Shown: positions 1-13,790, counted from the whole stretch's first letter. The stretch is 63,307 nt of DNA, filler included, from Rhabdomonas costata (GCA_019059605.1; 44 parts of 44 records of this genome joined end to end with filler, not necessarily neighbours in it); one strand, 5' to 3'. Program-made: numbers and translations. Notes: generated from the sequence alone by a model not told the origin.

Positions 1-393
1 TGTTGGGGTGGGATTGCCGGAAGGTGCGCTGAGAAACGGCCACAGGAATGGTGATGGTATTCCCCGTATCCGCCGTATACCCCCTCCTTGTCAATCTTGA
101 TATGTCCACATCCAAATGTAACCCTCCACACAAATGTACAGATACCAAGCTTACCATGCTGTCCTGGGACACGGACCCATCTCTGCGCAGCCATGCTATG
201 CACTCATCAACAGATTTAGAAAGACCCGGAAGAGCACTTGAAAAGCAGCAGACGCAAACGGCCGATAATGAAAGTCAACCCTGGGCAGAAGAGCCGGTCC
301 TTCTGGTGCAGCAAATGGGCAAACGTCTTATTCTCCTTTGCAGCGCAATCCTGCAGCGTCGTTGTGACGGTTGGGGGGTTGGGGGGCGGCCAC

Positions 394-1323
394 CTGAATA
401 ACAATCGCGGCCTCAGCACGCCGCCGCTGGGTGGCCTCCTGGGTCCTCGCAGAACGGGCTACCGTCACCACGCGCCTCGCGAAGTACACCCGCACCGCAC
501 GCTGCATTACCGCCAGCGCCTCCGAGATCACCACCTGGCTGGCGGAGCAGGTGCGCTGCGCCGTCCTCCGTCGAACCTCACGACGGGCCCACGCCGTGCG
601 AACCGCGCACTGTAAGCGATACAAAAACACAATAATCCAAGCCCACACAAGAGGAAGCGGTGGTGTTCAACGTGGGTATCAGTCCGTGGTGAACGGTGCC
701 TTGAGACAAAAAAACGAATCAAACTCAAAAAGTGAAGGGATAAGATAAGCAAAGACTCGAAGAGAGGCAAGAGCAAAGTAGCAATAGAAAACAAAGAAAG
801 AACTACCAACATATATACACAGTCAAAGGAATGCTCGCACAAACCGTTGTGCCAGGAGTAACAACGAAGGTTCCGCGAACAAAAATGGAACACCAATGCG
901 AAAGTGAATTTTAAGGAGACGAGAGAAGGAGGACAAAAGGAAACAGAGAGAAGCTGAGCTCCTCACCTGCCCACCACAAAGCAGAAAGTTGCCATCGCGA
1001 GTTAAAGAGCGGAGTGATGCTCTGCGCCTCCAGGACAGGAGGGATTCTTCCTCATGGATTTCTTTGGGGAAAGAGACGCATGATTCAAATTGGTGATTCC
1101 AGGATTGCGATGGTCAAATGAGCAAACAATGAAACACCGAAATCTTAAAAAAAAAAAAAAGAGAGAGACAGAGAGAGAGAGATGGGCAAGCCTGGATGGC
1201 GATCGCCGCCTCCCGCTGAAGCACGTCTAGAGCGCCTTCTTTGCGCTGCCGTAGGGCCACACGGGTGGTGCGGCGGATCCGCCACCCCCGGAACACCCGC
1301 TGCACGACCACAGCGGCAGCCCA
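394..1323 (-). CDS. IQ-motif repeat (calmodulin-binding) protein, partial; exons 1323-1192 and 609-394
   Basis: AAVVVQRVFRGWRIRR...AAIAIQ|CAVRTAWARR...AVMQRAVRVYFARR...AAIVIQ; phase-0 join through a GC donor (1191) and AG acceptor (610). Confidence 0.7.
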
Positions 1324-1342
1324 CTGTGGCGCCACCCCACCC

Positions 1343-1442
1343 NNNNNNNNNNNNNNNNNNNNNNNNNNNNNNNNNNNNNNNNNNNNTTAATTAATTAANN
1401 NNNNNNNNNNNNNNNNNNNNNNNNNNNNNNNNNNNNNNNNNN
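1343..1442. other. Artificial contig spacer (44 N + TTAATTAATTAA + 44 N), first of 43 spacers occurring about every 1.44 kb
   Basis: The same 100-nt block with an all-frame stop linker recurs throughout; the contigs are of near-uniform length (about 1.33-1.34 kb), consistent with a length-sorted concatenation. Confidence 0.99.
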
Positions 1443-4400
1443 GGGGTGGGGGGCAGCGGATTGCGGTGTTTCTGGGACTTTGCGATGAATACAGAGAAAA
1501 GAAAGGTAACACCGAACGTCCCCCCTCCCAATTATCCCTTTGCCTGCCGCACTAAAAAAAATACCGCCCACGCTGACCTCATACGCTCTCTACCAACGAC
1601 AGGAATGGAAGGTAAATACATTTCGAAGAGTACCACCAGAAAGAAAATGACGGGTGGAGCGGACAACCACACCACAGTACAAACCGAGAAGGAGCACCAC
1701 AAAAAGACGGTGCTGCGCATACACCCTTCTCTCCCATCTCAGGGAAGTGGCAATGAGCAGAGTGACAGGCAGTAGAGTGCCGCATCCCCAGAAATGACAA
1801 GATTGCTACTACAACTGAACCGGCAGAGAGGTGGGGGCGTCCGGGCTGGGAAAAGAGCAGGAACGGGGTTGAGGATCTGAAAAGGATTCCGAAGGGGGCT
1901 TGAGAGAGAGTGGGAGAGCAGTGGCAACGAGGGCAAGGCCCAGGGCACGCCCGAGCAGCTAGAAGTACAATACACTCTTATATGACCAAAAGGAGGGTCC
2001 AACCCCACACAAAGCAGAGCTTCTCTCTTCGCCCAAAGCTCTGTCCCCCACAGTACAGAACAGAAATAAGTCAAACTGATGGAACAAACCTTAATCAGCG
2101 GCAAAACAATAACTCAAAAGCAAACAATGGTCTTTCGCCACTTTGTGCTAGCCCCACAGAATTTTGGTAATCGAAAAAGAAGAGAAATGGCGAGGCCCAA
2201 TCTTAGTGCTGCCGAAGCTCAAGCCGTTCCCCGGCCGCCCTAAGAAAGCAAGCCCTAGAACGAAGCATCATACCGAACACCAAATCCAAACTTCTAACAT
2301 GTAAACTCATTTAGCGCACGAAGAGTAATCAAAGTTGCGCAAACGGCCTGCAGCCAACACAAGCCTTTGCATGAGTAAGGAGGCGATGCACGTTTGCCGA
2401 TGCTTTGTTTCAGCGCAGCGGAGACAGGAACGGTCCAAACACCCAGGTACGAATGTCAAGCCTCTCCACCACGCGAAGGAGGGGGGATCCAAATTGTACC
2501 TTCGCCTCCCCTTTCTCTTCACAGAACGGAAGCTCCGACCCCCCCCCCTCCTCAACAAGAGCTGTCAGAGAGATATCTCTTCGCAACGCAGTTCGTAAAC
2601 GTTGCCGCGTCGGCTTCCTGAGCCTCGGCCTGCTGCCAAGGCTTTTCGAGGGGCTGTTCCTGCGGCTGTGCAGCGGGAGAGCCTTCCATGGGTACCTCCC
2701 CCAGCACCCGCTTCACGTCCGCTACGGGGGTGTCCGGGGCGTCCGCAGTGGGGTAGATGTTGGGGTCCCTGAAAGGTGTGTGTGNNNNNNNNNNNNNNNN
2801 NNNNNNNNNNNNNNNNNNNNNNNNNNNNTTAATTAATTAANNNNNNNNNNNNNNNNNNNNNNNNNNNNNNNNNNNNNNNNNNNNTTGTTTTGTTTTCAGC
2901 CAGCCTTTTGGGCGATGGCCTGTCGGGACGATGGTGATGAACGCTTGCGATCAGAAAAATCTGTGATGTTGGGACAGTTGTTGTATGCTAAAGGATCAGA
3001 AAAAAGCTCACTGAGGATGGATTATTTGCATCATAACCGTCACCATCAGAACTGTCTCGATGGCGTGCGCGACTTGTCAACAATTTGCTATTGACCCCTT
3101 CCAAAAGTCCCCGGCTTTTACTCTCCCGCTGCTCCGTTCAGCGCCCGCAACCGCATTTGCTCACGGTACTGTCGCGATTTGGTTGAAGGCCTTGGCTCCG
3201 TTCTTCTCCTTCTTCTCTCTCCCTCGAATGAGAACCCTGGAGCGGGTAGTTGAACCAGTTGGGGGTGCTACACTTGTTACCAACAGCAGTTTTCTCAAGT
3301 GAGTTATAAGGTCTGATCTCGCGCAAGATTATGAATTGGTAACTCACCCTTTCCCAGAGCAGCTGGCAAAAAGCAATGTTTTCGGCAGCATTATTTGGAG
3401 GGCGTCGAACCCATTGAATCAACAACCCCGTTAGAGTCCACTGAACAGTTCACCTACCCTTGACCCTTGACTTGTAAAGAGTCTGCGATAAAAAAGACAT
3501 TCATTAGTTCTGTTAACCATTCCCAAGATCCTTTGGGATGTGATTCATCAGAGCATTCCTTTCTCACATTTTCTGCAACTCTGCTGTCTCAGGTGGCCCA
3601 CGAAGAGACATTGGCGAATCACAGCCAGGGCCACAGCTTGTGGGAGGTTTGCCCTGTGAGAACGCCTCTGTCCTTCCATCCAGCCCATCTCCCTTCTATT
3701 CCTTCCTCTTTCCACTTTCGCATTTCAAAAATACCGACTGTTTTTTTTTTTCTTCTTTTTCACCTCCTTTATCATTTTGCTCCCATGCTATGGGCAAAGG
3801 GGAGTTTAGGTTTAATCACAGTAAATGGCTTCACGTTCTTAACTGAATCTATTTTGGGGTGGGGTCCCCAAACAACCCCGCCGAAGCCGTCCGCAACGGC
3901 AAATAAATTTGTGCCATTAATCTGCAATTTTCTGGGAACCGTTCATGGAGGGGGCCTTCCGGAGCAAAGCATCCTGTAAAGCACGCCGAGGAAAGGCAGT
4001 GCAATGCCAAATTCCCCGGCTCGTGCCTCACCGCAAAATAACGTTAAATTTTGCCCCCCCCCGTACACACACAAATACAAATACAAAAATGGAACGTTCT
4101 GCGCTGAGCCCGTACCCGACGGCGTTTGCTGCGAAGGCCGAAGGTCTCTCGCGAGCACCCGTGGCCAATAGCGCGTGCGCCCCGTCAGTCGGCGCGGTCA
4201 CCCACCAAACCAAACACACCCACCACNNNNNNNNNNNNNNNNNNNNNNNNNNNNNNNNNNNNNNNNNNNNTTAATTAATTAANNNNNNNNNNNNNNNNNN
4301 NNNNNNNNNNNNNNNNNNNNNNNNNNGTTGGTTGGGTAGCACAGCTTTTTTTCCGCCAGTCGGAGCGGAATGCTCGCTGCGTTTGTCGCGGTTCTTCATG

Positions 4401-4602
4401 TGACTCGAGTTTAACCACGCATGCAGACGCACTGTGCAGGATATCAAACACACCGCACAGCAACCTCGCCCCGCGTCGCCCCGACGCAGAGGAGGAGGAA
4501 GCGCTCGCAGTTATTGCCTGTTTAGGCCCTTTTTTGTAGTTCAAATTCGGCGTATTCGTTGACACACCCCAATCAGCAGTGTCGTGTATGTGTGCGCGGC
4601 AG

Positions 4603-5639
4603 GGGATGGTGGGTGGACGCTGTGCATGGACCTCCCTCTGCCCTCCCCGAACTGCACGGTGTACTCCGTGGGGCTTGCCTACGACTGGTCCTTCGACGAG
4701 GCCATAGCACAGCTGTGTCACGTCAACTCCTTCGACCCCACCTTGCTGGTAGGCACCACTCCTTGCCCGACAGCATTTTACACCCACAACGTGGCAGTGC
4801 TCTCTGGCGGATTATTTCTGTTTTGCACCTCAATATTAGAAGAAATGATTAGAAGAAAATTAGAAATAGCTGGCTGCTGGGTTGTGTTTGGGCAAGCGGA
4901 GACACTCGTTTCCACTTGTATTGGGAGGAGGTGGGAGGGTGTTAAATGTTTGGCACTGCTCAAAGATTTTGGCTTTTGTGAATTTAAGCAACTGTGTTGG
5001 TGGGCTTTAGCAGACAAATCGGACTGAACTATTGTAGCAGGGGGGCCAGTCCAGGGCTGGAGTGGGCGGCCGTGTTGGGATCTTATCGCTGCTGAACGCC
5101 CGAACCGGTCATTTGGGGGGCATTATTTTTTTTCGCCACGGGGGGCAGGTAACTGGGTGGGTACTGCTGCAACAACCTCTGGATGCATTTATTTTAGCAA
5201 AATGGGTTCCGGGCTTGGAGTAGCGTTCTTCCGCCCCCAGGACAGATTAATTTGGGTTAATAAAGGGAGGTGAGAAAATCATCACCGCTTAGTACTACAA
5301 AACGTATTGATGTGTAAAAAAATATCAACAAAAATATCGCCCCCTACCCCTTCAGTACAATTGGCCCCCGATTAAGGGCGGAACCATCCACAAAAGCCGA
5401 TGTGGTCCACTGGAAACCATTACCCGCCACTACCACTACAGCCTGAAAGTCTACCAGCCCTCTCTCTCTCTCTCTCTCTCAGGATAAGCAGACTAGGCAG
5501 CTGCTCAGTGAGCAGCACGGTGTGCGGGGGCTGAACCTCGACTACTTCCCCATGGGCCTCAGCGCGGGCGGGAAGATGATCCGGAACTCCGGGAAGTGGA
5601 TCCCTACCATGCGCCTAGGGGACATCATGACGCAGCTGG
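4603..5639 (+). CDS. METTL24-like / Methyltransf_22 family SAM methyltransferase, partial; exons 4603-4748 and 5483-5639
   Basis: DGGWTLC...CTVYSVGLAYDWSFDEAIAQLCHVNSFDPT fits the family motif; GT-AG intron with a (TC)n tract; in-phase join. Confidence 0.75.
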
Positions 5640-6797
5640 GTGCGCGATCCCCAATCAACCACCCCCCNNNNNNNNNNNNNNNNNNNNNNNNNNNNNNNNN
5701 NNNNNNNNNNNTTAATTAATTAANNNNNNNNNNNNNNNNNNNNNNNNNNNNNNNNNNNNNNNNNNNNCCACGATTTGCGGGGATTCTGAGGACGATTTGG
5801 TGTTGTGTTGGATTTTCTCCAGATTGTCTTGAGCCGCTAAGCATAGTGCATTGGCCGAAATTCTAGTTCACGTGGTTAGATAAGTATGGTCCTATATTTC
5901 ATTACTGCCGCTTAAAATACGCCTAATGGGGTATTATAACCTATACACGAGTGTAATGTCGTGATCCTAGATGATAGCCACTATACTAGTGCCCGTTTCA
6001 GCTCAAAAATGAGTGTTAGGAAACGTTTCAAAAAGGAGACATTATGGGGTGTGGGTATTCGTCTATTATCGTTACTGTCTAATTACAATGCCCTTGAGAC
6101 TTCTTTTTGTGTGTTGAAATTTGTGCAGGTGGGTGGCGTGGTCATTTCTTTTTCCAGAATATAACACCTTTGCCTCAGAGAATTTCCTACATTTTCCTTA
6201 ACCTGGATCCATAGAGGTTCAAATACATTATGTTTGTGCCAAAACTCTACTTTTGACATGAAAGGAGCCGTATGATATCAGTGTACTACTGTTATACCTT
6301 GCCTGTGTGTCGAGGAGACCCTTCAGGGAGAGCGTTGACGACAGCGCAGAGTAAAAAAAAAGGAACCCAGGTGGGCAATATCCCTTCAAGGTTTGTACTT
6401 TGGCACGGCCGGCGGCAACATGAGGTGATGCTGGTCAGGATAAATATGGTTCCGTCGTATCGACAGGCGACGCCCCTTCTTCCTGAGCTTGTCTCCTGCA
6501 GCCCGGTCAACAAACCCTCGCCGGTCACCTGAATGAGGTCTGCCAAAAAAGAATCAAGGAGGCCAAGGGGTGTATACGCGCGACATTCGGTCGGCAGTAA
6601 TATTCTTTCGCTACCAGTGGTAATACGGCCCCACCCCCTTCCGATGTCACATTGGACCTAATTACTGCACTTCTCAACCTGGTCGTTCAGGGATGACCAT
6701 CCAGGGGTAGAAAATAAATGATGACACCATTTTGTACGTGCCCTGCTGTTTGTGCTGCGTCCTTCTGTTTCCTGCCTCCTGCTGTTTTCCTTTCAGG

Positions 6798-6900
6798 GGC
6801 CAGGCTGACGAGATGAACACTTTGGCTCGCCGTGCCCTGCTGAAGAACATCCTGACCCACGAGACATTGCTGACCTATGGGCTGTTCTTTCCTCCGGATG
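6798..6900 (+). CDS. Isolated exon of an unidentified gene (QADEMNTLARRALLKNILTHETLLTYGLFFPPD)
   Basis: Pyrimidine tract and AG before, GT after; GC3-rich codons. Confidence 0.45.
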
Positions 6901-8970
6901 GTATTTTCACCTTTCAGATTCGGCTTCAGCAATGTACTCTTGGGAAACTGGTTGTAGACTTCTGGAAACATTATTCATGGTTTGGTTTTTGTTGTGCCCT
7001 GCTCAATGGCAATGAGATCAACCCATATGCAGGATGGTTGCAGAAGTCTACAACCAGTTTCCCAAGAGTACATTGCTGAAGCCGAATCTGAAAGGTGAAA
7101 ATACCACNNNNNNNNNNNNNNNNNNNNNNNNNNNNNNNNNNNNNNNNNNNNTTAATTAATTAANNNNNNNNNNNNNNNNNNNNNNNNNNNNNNNNNNNNN
7201 NNNNNNNTGTTTGTGGGGCCATAAATTTCGTATTGCATGGGGTATTTGTGTTGTGCAAAAATTAACTGGTTCTTAAGACACTTAAAGACGTTTCGCTGAA
7301 TACTTTCCACTTTGCTGTCCCGTTTTATATCTGAGGCTCAGTGTTCTTCCTTTGCGTTGAACGTTTGCGGTTACTCTCTTTCTCTCAGCACCTGGCCAAG
7401 TCCTCCGAGTGAGTGCGGTTCTGCGGAGGCCACTTCCGTTTGTACTCTTTCTTGCTTCCCACTGGATGTCCCTCTGATCTCTCTCTGTGTCCTCCCCCCT
7501 CTCCCCATTCTCTCTCCCTCATCACTTCTGCCCTGTCGTCTTTCTTAGTCAGTTTGTCAGTTAGTCGGTTTTTCAATGGCCCTACTATCAGCGCAGCTGA
7601 ACCGATCTGCCCTAGCCACCCGCACAACGCCAACGCGTTGGAAACGTTGATGGATCCTTCAGCCCGGCGACGACGGGTACGACCCACACCCGGGTATGGC
7701 CCATACCTGGACTTCAGCCCACAGAGAACAAAAAGGAAAGCGCCCAGAAGTACCTGGGGGTGGTAGAGAAGCTCCAGCGCATCACTCTGGAAGCCAGCGA
7801 TAGCGACAAAGGGATGACGGGCAGAACTCCCAGCGACCCAAGACTTCCCCGAATCGAAAAAAATCGGAGGTCTCGATGACGCACAACCCTGAGGAGTCCT
7901 GCTGCAGCCATACAGGGCGCAGGAAAAAATCCAACAATCCCATATTATGGTGATCTCGAGGAGAGCTTGGGGACCACGCCACGGCGGTGCTCCCATGCTC
8001 AGAGGAAGCAGGGTTGAGGATTCCAGGCATAAAATGAGAAGACAAGAGACGTTACCGAGCAATGAGCCACCGGAAGTGTGAAGAGCCGTTGACGAGCAGA
8101 GAGGATGGGAATGAGGGAAAGACGGGAAGCCGCGGACAGGCAGAAGTAAGAGGAGCCAGCTGAAGAGCCTCAAGGAGCAACTCGGGCCTAAGACGCCCGA
8201 CGAGATCTGCGAAAGCCGAGAGAGCAGCAGATGAGGATCCAGAAAGGTCCCGACCTTCCATGCTCTGGCGAAGAGCGCCAGGGACGGCGCTACGGTTGGA
8301 CTCTTCGTGGTATGAAGATGATGACTTGAGGATCCCAAGCAGACGAAGAGTTGAAGAGTGGCCACCGAGCGATAAGCACACTGGGCGAGCGCAGAGGTTG
8401 GAGCTCCCTAGAACCGCGGTTTAATATGCCATTGAGGTTTCCCAAGAACCTCAGCCCAGCAGCGGAGGAATGATCCGTACCCCGAGAAGCGACCAGTCAG
8501 CGGGAGAGTATTCGAAATCCCGCTGGAGGCAGAATAGACCCCCAAACCCNNNNNNNNNNNNNNNNNNNNNNNNNNNNNNNNNNNNNNNNNNNNTTAATTA
8601 ATTAANNNNNNNNNNNNNNNNNNNNNNNNNNNNNNNNNNNNNNNNNNNNGTGGTGTGTGGTGGGAAGCGGGGGAGGAGGGATACCTGCTACTCTCTTTTC
8701 TTTTACACTGTGTGCGTGCGTGCGCTGTTGTGCATTGTGCTGGGTATTGGACACTGGACACTCAGATCCCCAGATGCGTAATATCGAGCAAACTAGAATC
8801 AGTATCGACAATTCTGTTTCTCATCTGTGCGAACCTGCGGGATCAGATCGGCCCTTTTTGGCCCAGGCCAACGAGAGCGACTGTCGCGGTTGACAATCAG
8901 TTCTGCATAAAAATCAAACTGCACCGAAGCACCGAAGGCACGCCCACCAAAAGAAGTACCCTTTTTGTAG

Positions 8971-9911
8971 GTACGAGGTGGTGGGCCGTGGGGAGAGGAT
9001 CGAGTACGTGGAGTGGCTGCAGGCCCAGAAGGGCAAGGAGAGCGCGATTGGCCCGGCCTTCCTGTTTGAGAAGAAGCTGGCCCAGGCCGCGGCGCAGCAG
9101 ATGCGTTCGCGGGACATCTACACCATCAACAGCCGGGGCAACCTCTTCCTGAAGATGGGCTGCTTCTTCGGCACCTACGGGTGCGTGAGCGTCTCTCGTG
9201 GACGGGTGGACGAATGGGACCGCATTTTTTTGCGGTGGATCAGATGACGATATTTGGATTCCAGGAGTGGGGAACCCTTTCGCCCAGCCCTAGTGTACGA
9301 GAGTGTGTGCGACAGTCACGGGCACTCCCGTTGCTCTGCGAACGTAACCCATGCAACCCGCAGCCCTCTTGTGCAGGCCATCAGGAGTTTATCGCTGTTG
9401 GGGTTGCCGGAAGAGGAGAGGCCCGCCCCCCGGTGGCGCCAGCTCCAAGCACAGCATCTAAGGGCCTTCCAGCTCACGGTTGGCAACCAAAACATATATC
9501 CAAATACACACATGCCCATTTGCACGCAGGTTCTTTATCTACAACACCCTGATGGCGGTGTCCATTCACCTGTACATCATGGCCATTGTGATGTTCGCCC
9601 TGTCCGGGTGTGAGTGTGTGAATGGAGAGGCTTCCTTGTAAGACTTATTAACGAAAGAGGATTCACAGCTTGTATCAGAGCTAGAGTGGACAGCGCACTC
9701 GCACCGGGTTTGCATCTGCATCTGGAGTTGCATCCTCAATGCGTGGGGCCATTCCGATTGCGTGGTGTGGTTGGGATGGCTCAGGGTGACGGACCACGAC
9801 CTTGGGGTGAACCAGTCCTCTCTGGCCGTGCCGTGGCTGTTCCAGGTGGGGTTCCTGTTCAGCTTCCCGCTGATCGTCGAGACCTCCATCGAGAAGGGAA
9901 TGATGCACGGG
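8971..9911 (+). CDS. GT48 1,3-beta-glucan synthase (callose/FKS/paramylon synthase-like), partial; exons 8971-9180, 9530-9607, 9785-9911
   Basis: RGERIEYVEWLQAQKGKE...FEKKLAQAAAQQMRSRDIY...FFGTYGFFIYNTL parallels the GT48 motif RGG..H.EYxQxGKGRD...FE.K....EQ.LSRD.Y...Y.T.GFY; both introns are GT-AG and in phase. Confidence 0.85.
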
Positions 9912-10898
9912 GTAGGAGCCCCCCACCGCCCACCCTTGTTTGCGTGGGATTTGGAGTTGAGTGCGAGGTCCACGAACACCCCCACNNNNNNNNNNNNNNN
10001 NNNNNNNNNNNNNNNNNNNNNNNNNNNNNTTAATTAATTAANNNNNNNNNNNNNNNNNNNNNNNNNNNNNNNNNNNNNNNNNNNNGGTGGTTGGTTTTTT
10101 TTGTGTGAATTTGGATTTTTGTTGGAGGTTCGTGGCTGGACATGCCTTTGGCATTGTAAACGTATTTTAAACGTAAATTGCCCCTCCTCCGATGGCGCGT
10201 CTCAAGACCCAACTTAGCCGTGAAACATGCAGAAGCATTTTACGAGCAGTTTTCTTTGGGGAAGTTCTCTGGGCTGATTTATGGGGCGCACAAAAACTTC
10301 AATTTGTGGGCAATAGTTCGGCTATATGGCACCCCCCCTCCCCTGGGGTATTGAAGGTGCAATTGAAGGTGCCCCCTAACCCGAGGTAAGTTGCTGGGGA
10401 GGGGGGCTCCGCCTCCTAACCCCCTGTCATCACATTATCTACGACATACGACGACGTGGAATTAGGCCGCCAACGAGAACGTGTAGCGGTTGCACGTGTT
10501 TAAGATGGGGCCGGATGTCCCGGTCAACGTGTGTCAAACGAGGACCCCCCGTACGTGCTTCGCCTTCTAGGCATCGCCTCCTAACCCCCTGCAAAGGCAA
10601 TACCCCGAATCCAGCGGGAGGTGGGACTAAAGCATGATGGTGATGGTGTGGTGCCTTGCTTTCCCTCTTGTCCGGTCATAGGAGGGGGTGCCTCACCCGA
10701 ACTGGGTGCCATAGCCGAACTAGAACCAAATCTCCAATCTCCAATATCTACCAGGTACGGTATGCGTGAGACGGACCAGCAGAGCAAGAGTGGACAATCA
10801 CTGGTTTGGTAACTGGGGGGCCCAAATAGTCTAGTGACTCTAGTACAGGGCGCAAAGCTCGTACATAAAAATCCGTGTGTGTCAAGGTATGCGAACAC

Positions 10899-11075
10899 CC
10901 CGCAGATGATTGTGAGAGTGCCCTCCACGTCAACAGATAGATCTAAAAGGGTTGTGGAGGGAGCCGCGGGCTTGGCCTTCCCGCTGGCTTTGACAGGTGC
11001 GGGCGAAGGAGGGTGCGCTGCCAGGGTTGCCAGGAGGACATTGTCCTGAGCCAGCGCCTGCTCCCCGCGGTACAC
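10899..11075 (-). CDS. Exon of an atypical Hsp70-family protein (substrate-binding beta domain)
   Basis: VYRGEQALAQDNVLLATL...LDLSVDVEGTLTI resembles Hsp70 VYEGERxxTKDNxLLG.F...VTFDIDANGIL.V; AG/GT borders. Confidence 0.6.
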
Positions 11076-13470
11076 CTGCGTTGCAAACAGCAACCAGGGC
11101 TTCCAGAAAGAAAATTGGAAAGAACGGAACCTTATCCCACAACTATAACCGCCAAAACCTCAGCTCATTCACATTTACTCCAGGAGGAGTAAGAACTCAT
11201 CGGCCCTCAAACATCAGAGGGTCAGCACTCTCGTCCACTCACAACTCTCATCGGCGCACAGTTCGCCTCCACACGCATCTCTCGCCTCTCATCTCACCCC
11301 GTCTTTCGGAAGAGATGCACCATACATGCTCATTCCCACAGAACTCTCTGTGCACACAGCTCTCAATTGGTCCAAAACACTCACTGCTCATATCCGCCCA
11401 GAAAAAATTCGAATCACACAAAAACCCNNNNNNNNNNNNNNNNNNNNNNNNNNNNNNNNNNNNNNNNNNNNTTAATTAATTAANNNNNNNNNNNNNNNNN
11501 NNNNNNNNNNNNNNNNNNNNNNNNNNNTCCACTATGTGCTGCTCGGCGCGGGTTCTTGGGGAAGGGCGCATTTATCAATGGTTCTGGGGAGTGGTAGCGA
11601 TATGCGCATGCACGCACCCAACCGGCACATGCACATTAAATGCACAAGGGCATTGCTTTGACGCAGGAACACAGTGCCTCACATCGTGAAACCAAAACGA
11701 AACAATTGTTACATTTAACAGCACCTATCGGTGGTTTCCCTGAAGAAGGTTTTCCTGTGGTTTCGGTAGTGGCAACCTCCAGAAGAATTCTGGCGACCTC
11801 TCTTCTCATAAATGCAAACACAACTGGGAGGCGAGATCACTAAGCTATATGCTCACCACCTCCAAAAAGGTTTCGTTCCTGCGCTGGACTACTCCAGAGA
11901 AAGCGTTTCCCGGAAGAGCTTACCCGATGGAATGGTTTTGCCAGACTCTTACCATTCATACTCCACAGTTTCACAAAACGGAGGGCTGCAAGTGAGGGGC
12001 ACAGCAGAGCAACCAAAAACCCCAACGCGAAAGAAACAAAGATGCACTGAAGTTTGACTTCTGGCACAATGGAAGGAGAGACGCCCCATGCACTCTGCAG
12101 CGGGAGTCCGAGGCTGCCAAATGAGTTGGGCTGGGGCGTGGTGAGGTCGAGGGGGTAGTGGTCGTGGGGTGAGGACAGAGGGAGAGACAAAAGAGAGGCG
12201 TCATCAGCAGAAAAGATGCGCAGAAGCGTTATAAGGCGCGTCAGCCAACTGATGCGCATGAGCATAATCATCGCCTGCATCCGTGTCTTGTGCTTGCTGT
12301 TCGGGCGGCTCTCCCTCATGCAACTCAACCCACGCGGTGTTCTTCGCACTTCTAGAGCTCAGCTTTTTCAGGGACTGTCCGGTTGCGTCAGAAGAATTCG
12401 AAAAGAGTTGCCTCTGTAGCGTAGTAGCAAACGGGTGCACCACCCCCTCCGGTGGTGCATCGGGGATGCAGGGGTCACCTCCTCTCTCTACAGCTTTGGG
12501 ATCTCTTTGGCGTCTCCTCCCGTGGATCGTGATCTAACACAGCGGTCACCAGGACTTGATCTAACTTGGTGTTGCCACTGCAGGTGTGAATGTATTTTGC
12601 CTTCATTTGGATTTTTCAACCGTGCGGATTCGCGTCCATTTCCTACGCCCATTGGCTGAAACGCTTTTTAGCACTCCGAGAAAAGGCGTTCACGGGAACC
12701 TGCCCAAACTGCACAAACTCCTCCAGCGTGGTATGGCAGAAAGCTGAAGCTGGAAGCCGGGAGTGAACCCACCCAAGCACGCGAAAACGAGGAGAGAAAG
12801 AGAAGATGCTAGTACTGCCTCTTACACTCTGGCTCCAATTCTGAGCCCGGTGCAACGACACCCACAANNNNNNNNNNNNNNNNNNNNNNNNNNNNNNNNN
12901 NNNNNNNNNNNTTAATTAATTAANNNNNNNNNNNNNNNNNNNNNNNNNNNNNNNNNNNNNNNNNNNNATGTGCGGGAGGGAAGGGTGGTTGCGTTATGTC
13001 TATCTACTTGCTGACTTCTGTGTTTTTTGAGGTGTGGGAGGTCGCGTTCTGCCCCTCTGTTGGAAAAGGAGGAAAGTGAGAATTTTAAATTTTTCCAAAT
13101 CATTTTGGGAATGGAGGTCGCTTAAACCATCGCTTCATCCTTTCGAATTGGGTTATGGTGATCTTCGTTGCTTGTTCTTGAACCAGATGCATCCCACCTG
13201 TCTTAAGTGGGAGAATTCTGTGTCTTGGGGCTCTAGACAACCCCGGTGTAAAAAAAATTCAGCACAGCAAGCAAATAGCCAAAAAAAAATAGCGAGGGGG
13301 GGAGTGCTTTAAATGGGCAATAATTCTGAAACGCGCTTCCCCTTTCCTCCCTCGTCAAGATTTTGGCAACAGCCAATCATATTCTTTTTCACTTCCTTAC
13401 CAGGATGCTCTTTTCGTCTTTGGTCGAGTTTTTTTTTATGTCTTTGCTCTCTCCGACGTCATTGCCCAAG

Positions 13471-13790
13471 ACCACGGGGCCAGCCCGGTGGCTGCACCGT
13501 ACAAACGTCGTGTTCCCTGTGCGAGTACCCGACCGTGCATGGGCTGTGGGACAGTGCAACCTTTCACGTGCCGACGCGGCGGAGCGAATTCAGCGGTTCT
13601 GGAGAAGCCGAAAACTTGAGAGTGGCAGTTCCTCTGGCGCCGATGGGAAAGCTACCGCAGCGGGCAACCTTGCAAGGAGACAGTCCGACAGAGAAGGGGA
13701 TGCCCAGAGAACAGGGTGGTCTCACCGGCCCATGGCCGCAGGGTCTGAGCAACACATGTTGTGGGAGCTGCGGCGCATGTCATCTGATTC
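13471..13790 (+). CDS. Probable exon containing one IQ-like motif (AAERIQRFWRSR); boundaries approximate
   Basis: IQ consensus inside a long open frame. Confidence 0.35.

Noticed and set aside
1387-1398. TTAATTAATTAA recurring every ~1.44 kb (CRISPR-like or tandem periodicity)
   Set aside because: It is always centred in 88 Ns and is an assembly concatenation linker
6899-7106. Inverted repeats resembling MITEs or non-conventional intron stems (also 14238-14305, 17300-17366, 25725-25836, 27112-27282, 40353-40484, 54459-54652)
   Set aside because: All touch a contig terminus, share no sequence with each other and have no target-site duplications; this fits library fold-back artifacts. Read-level support would be needed to revive any of them
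7385-8365. 326-aa and other long six-frame ORFs (e.g. 14362-15474, 24886-25752)
   Set aside because: No recognisable motifs; they run through intron-like low-complexity DNA and are mostly shadow ORFs
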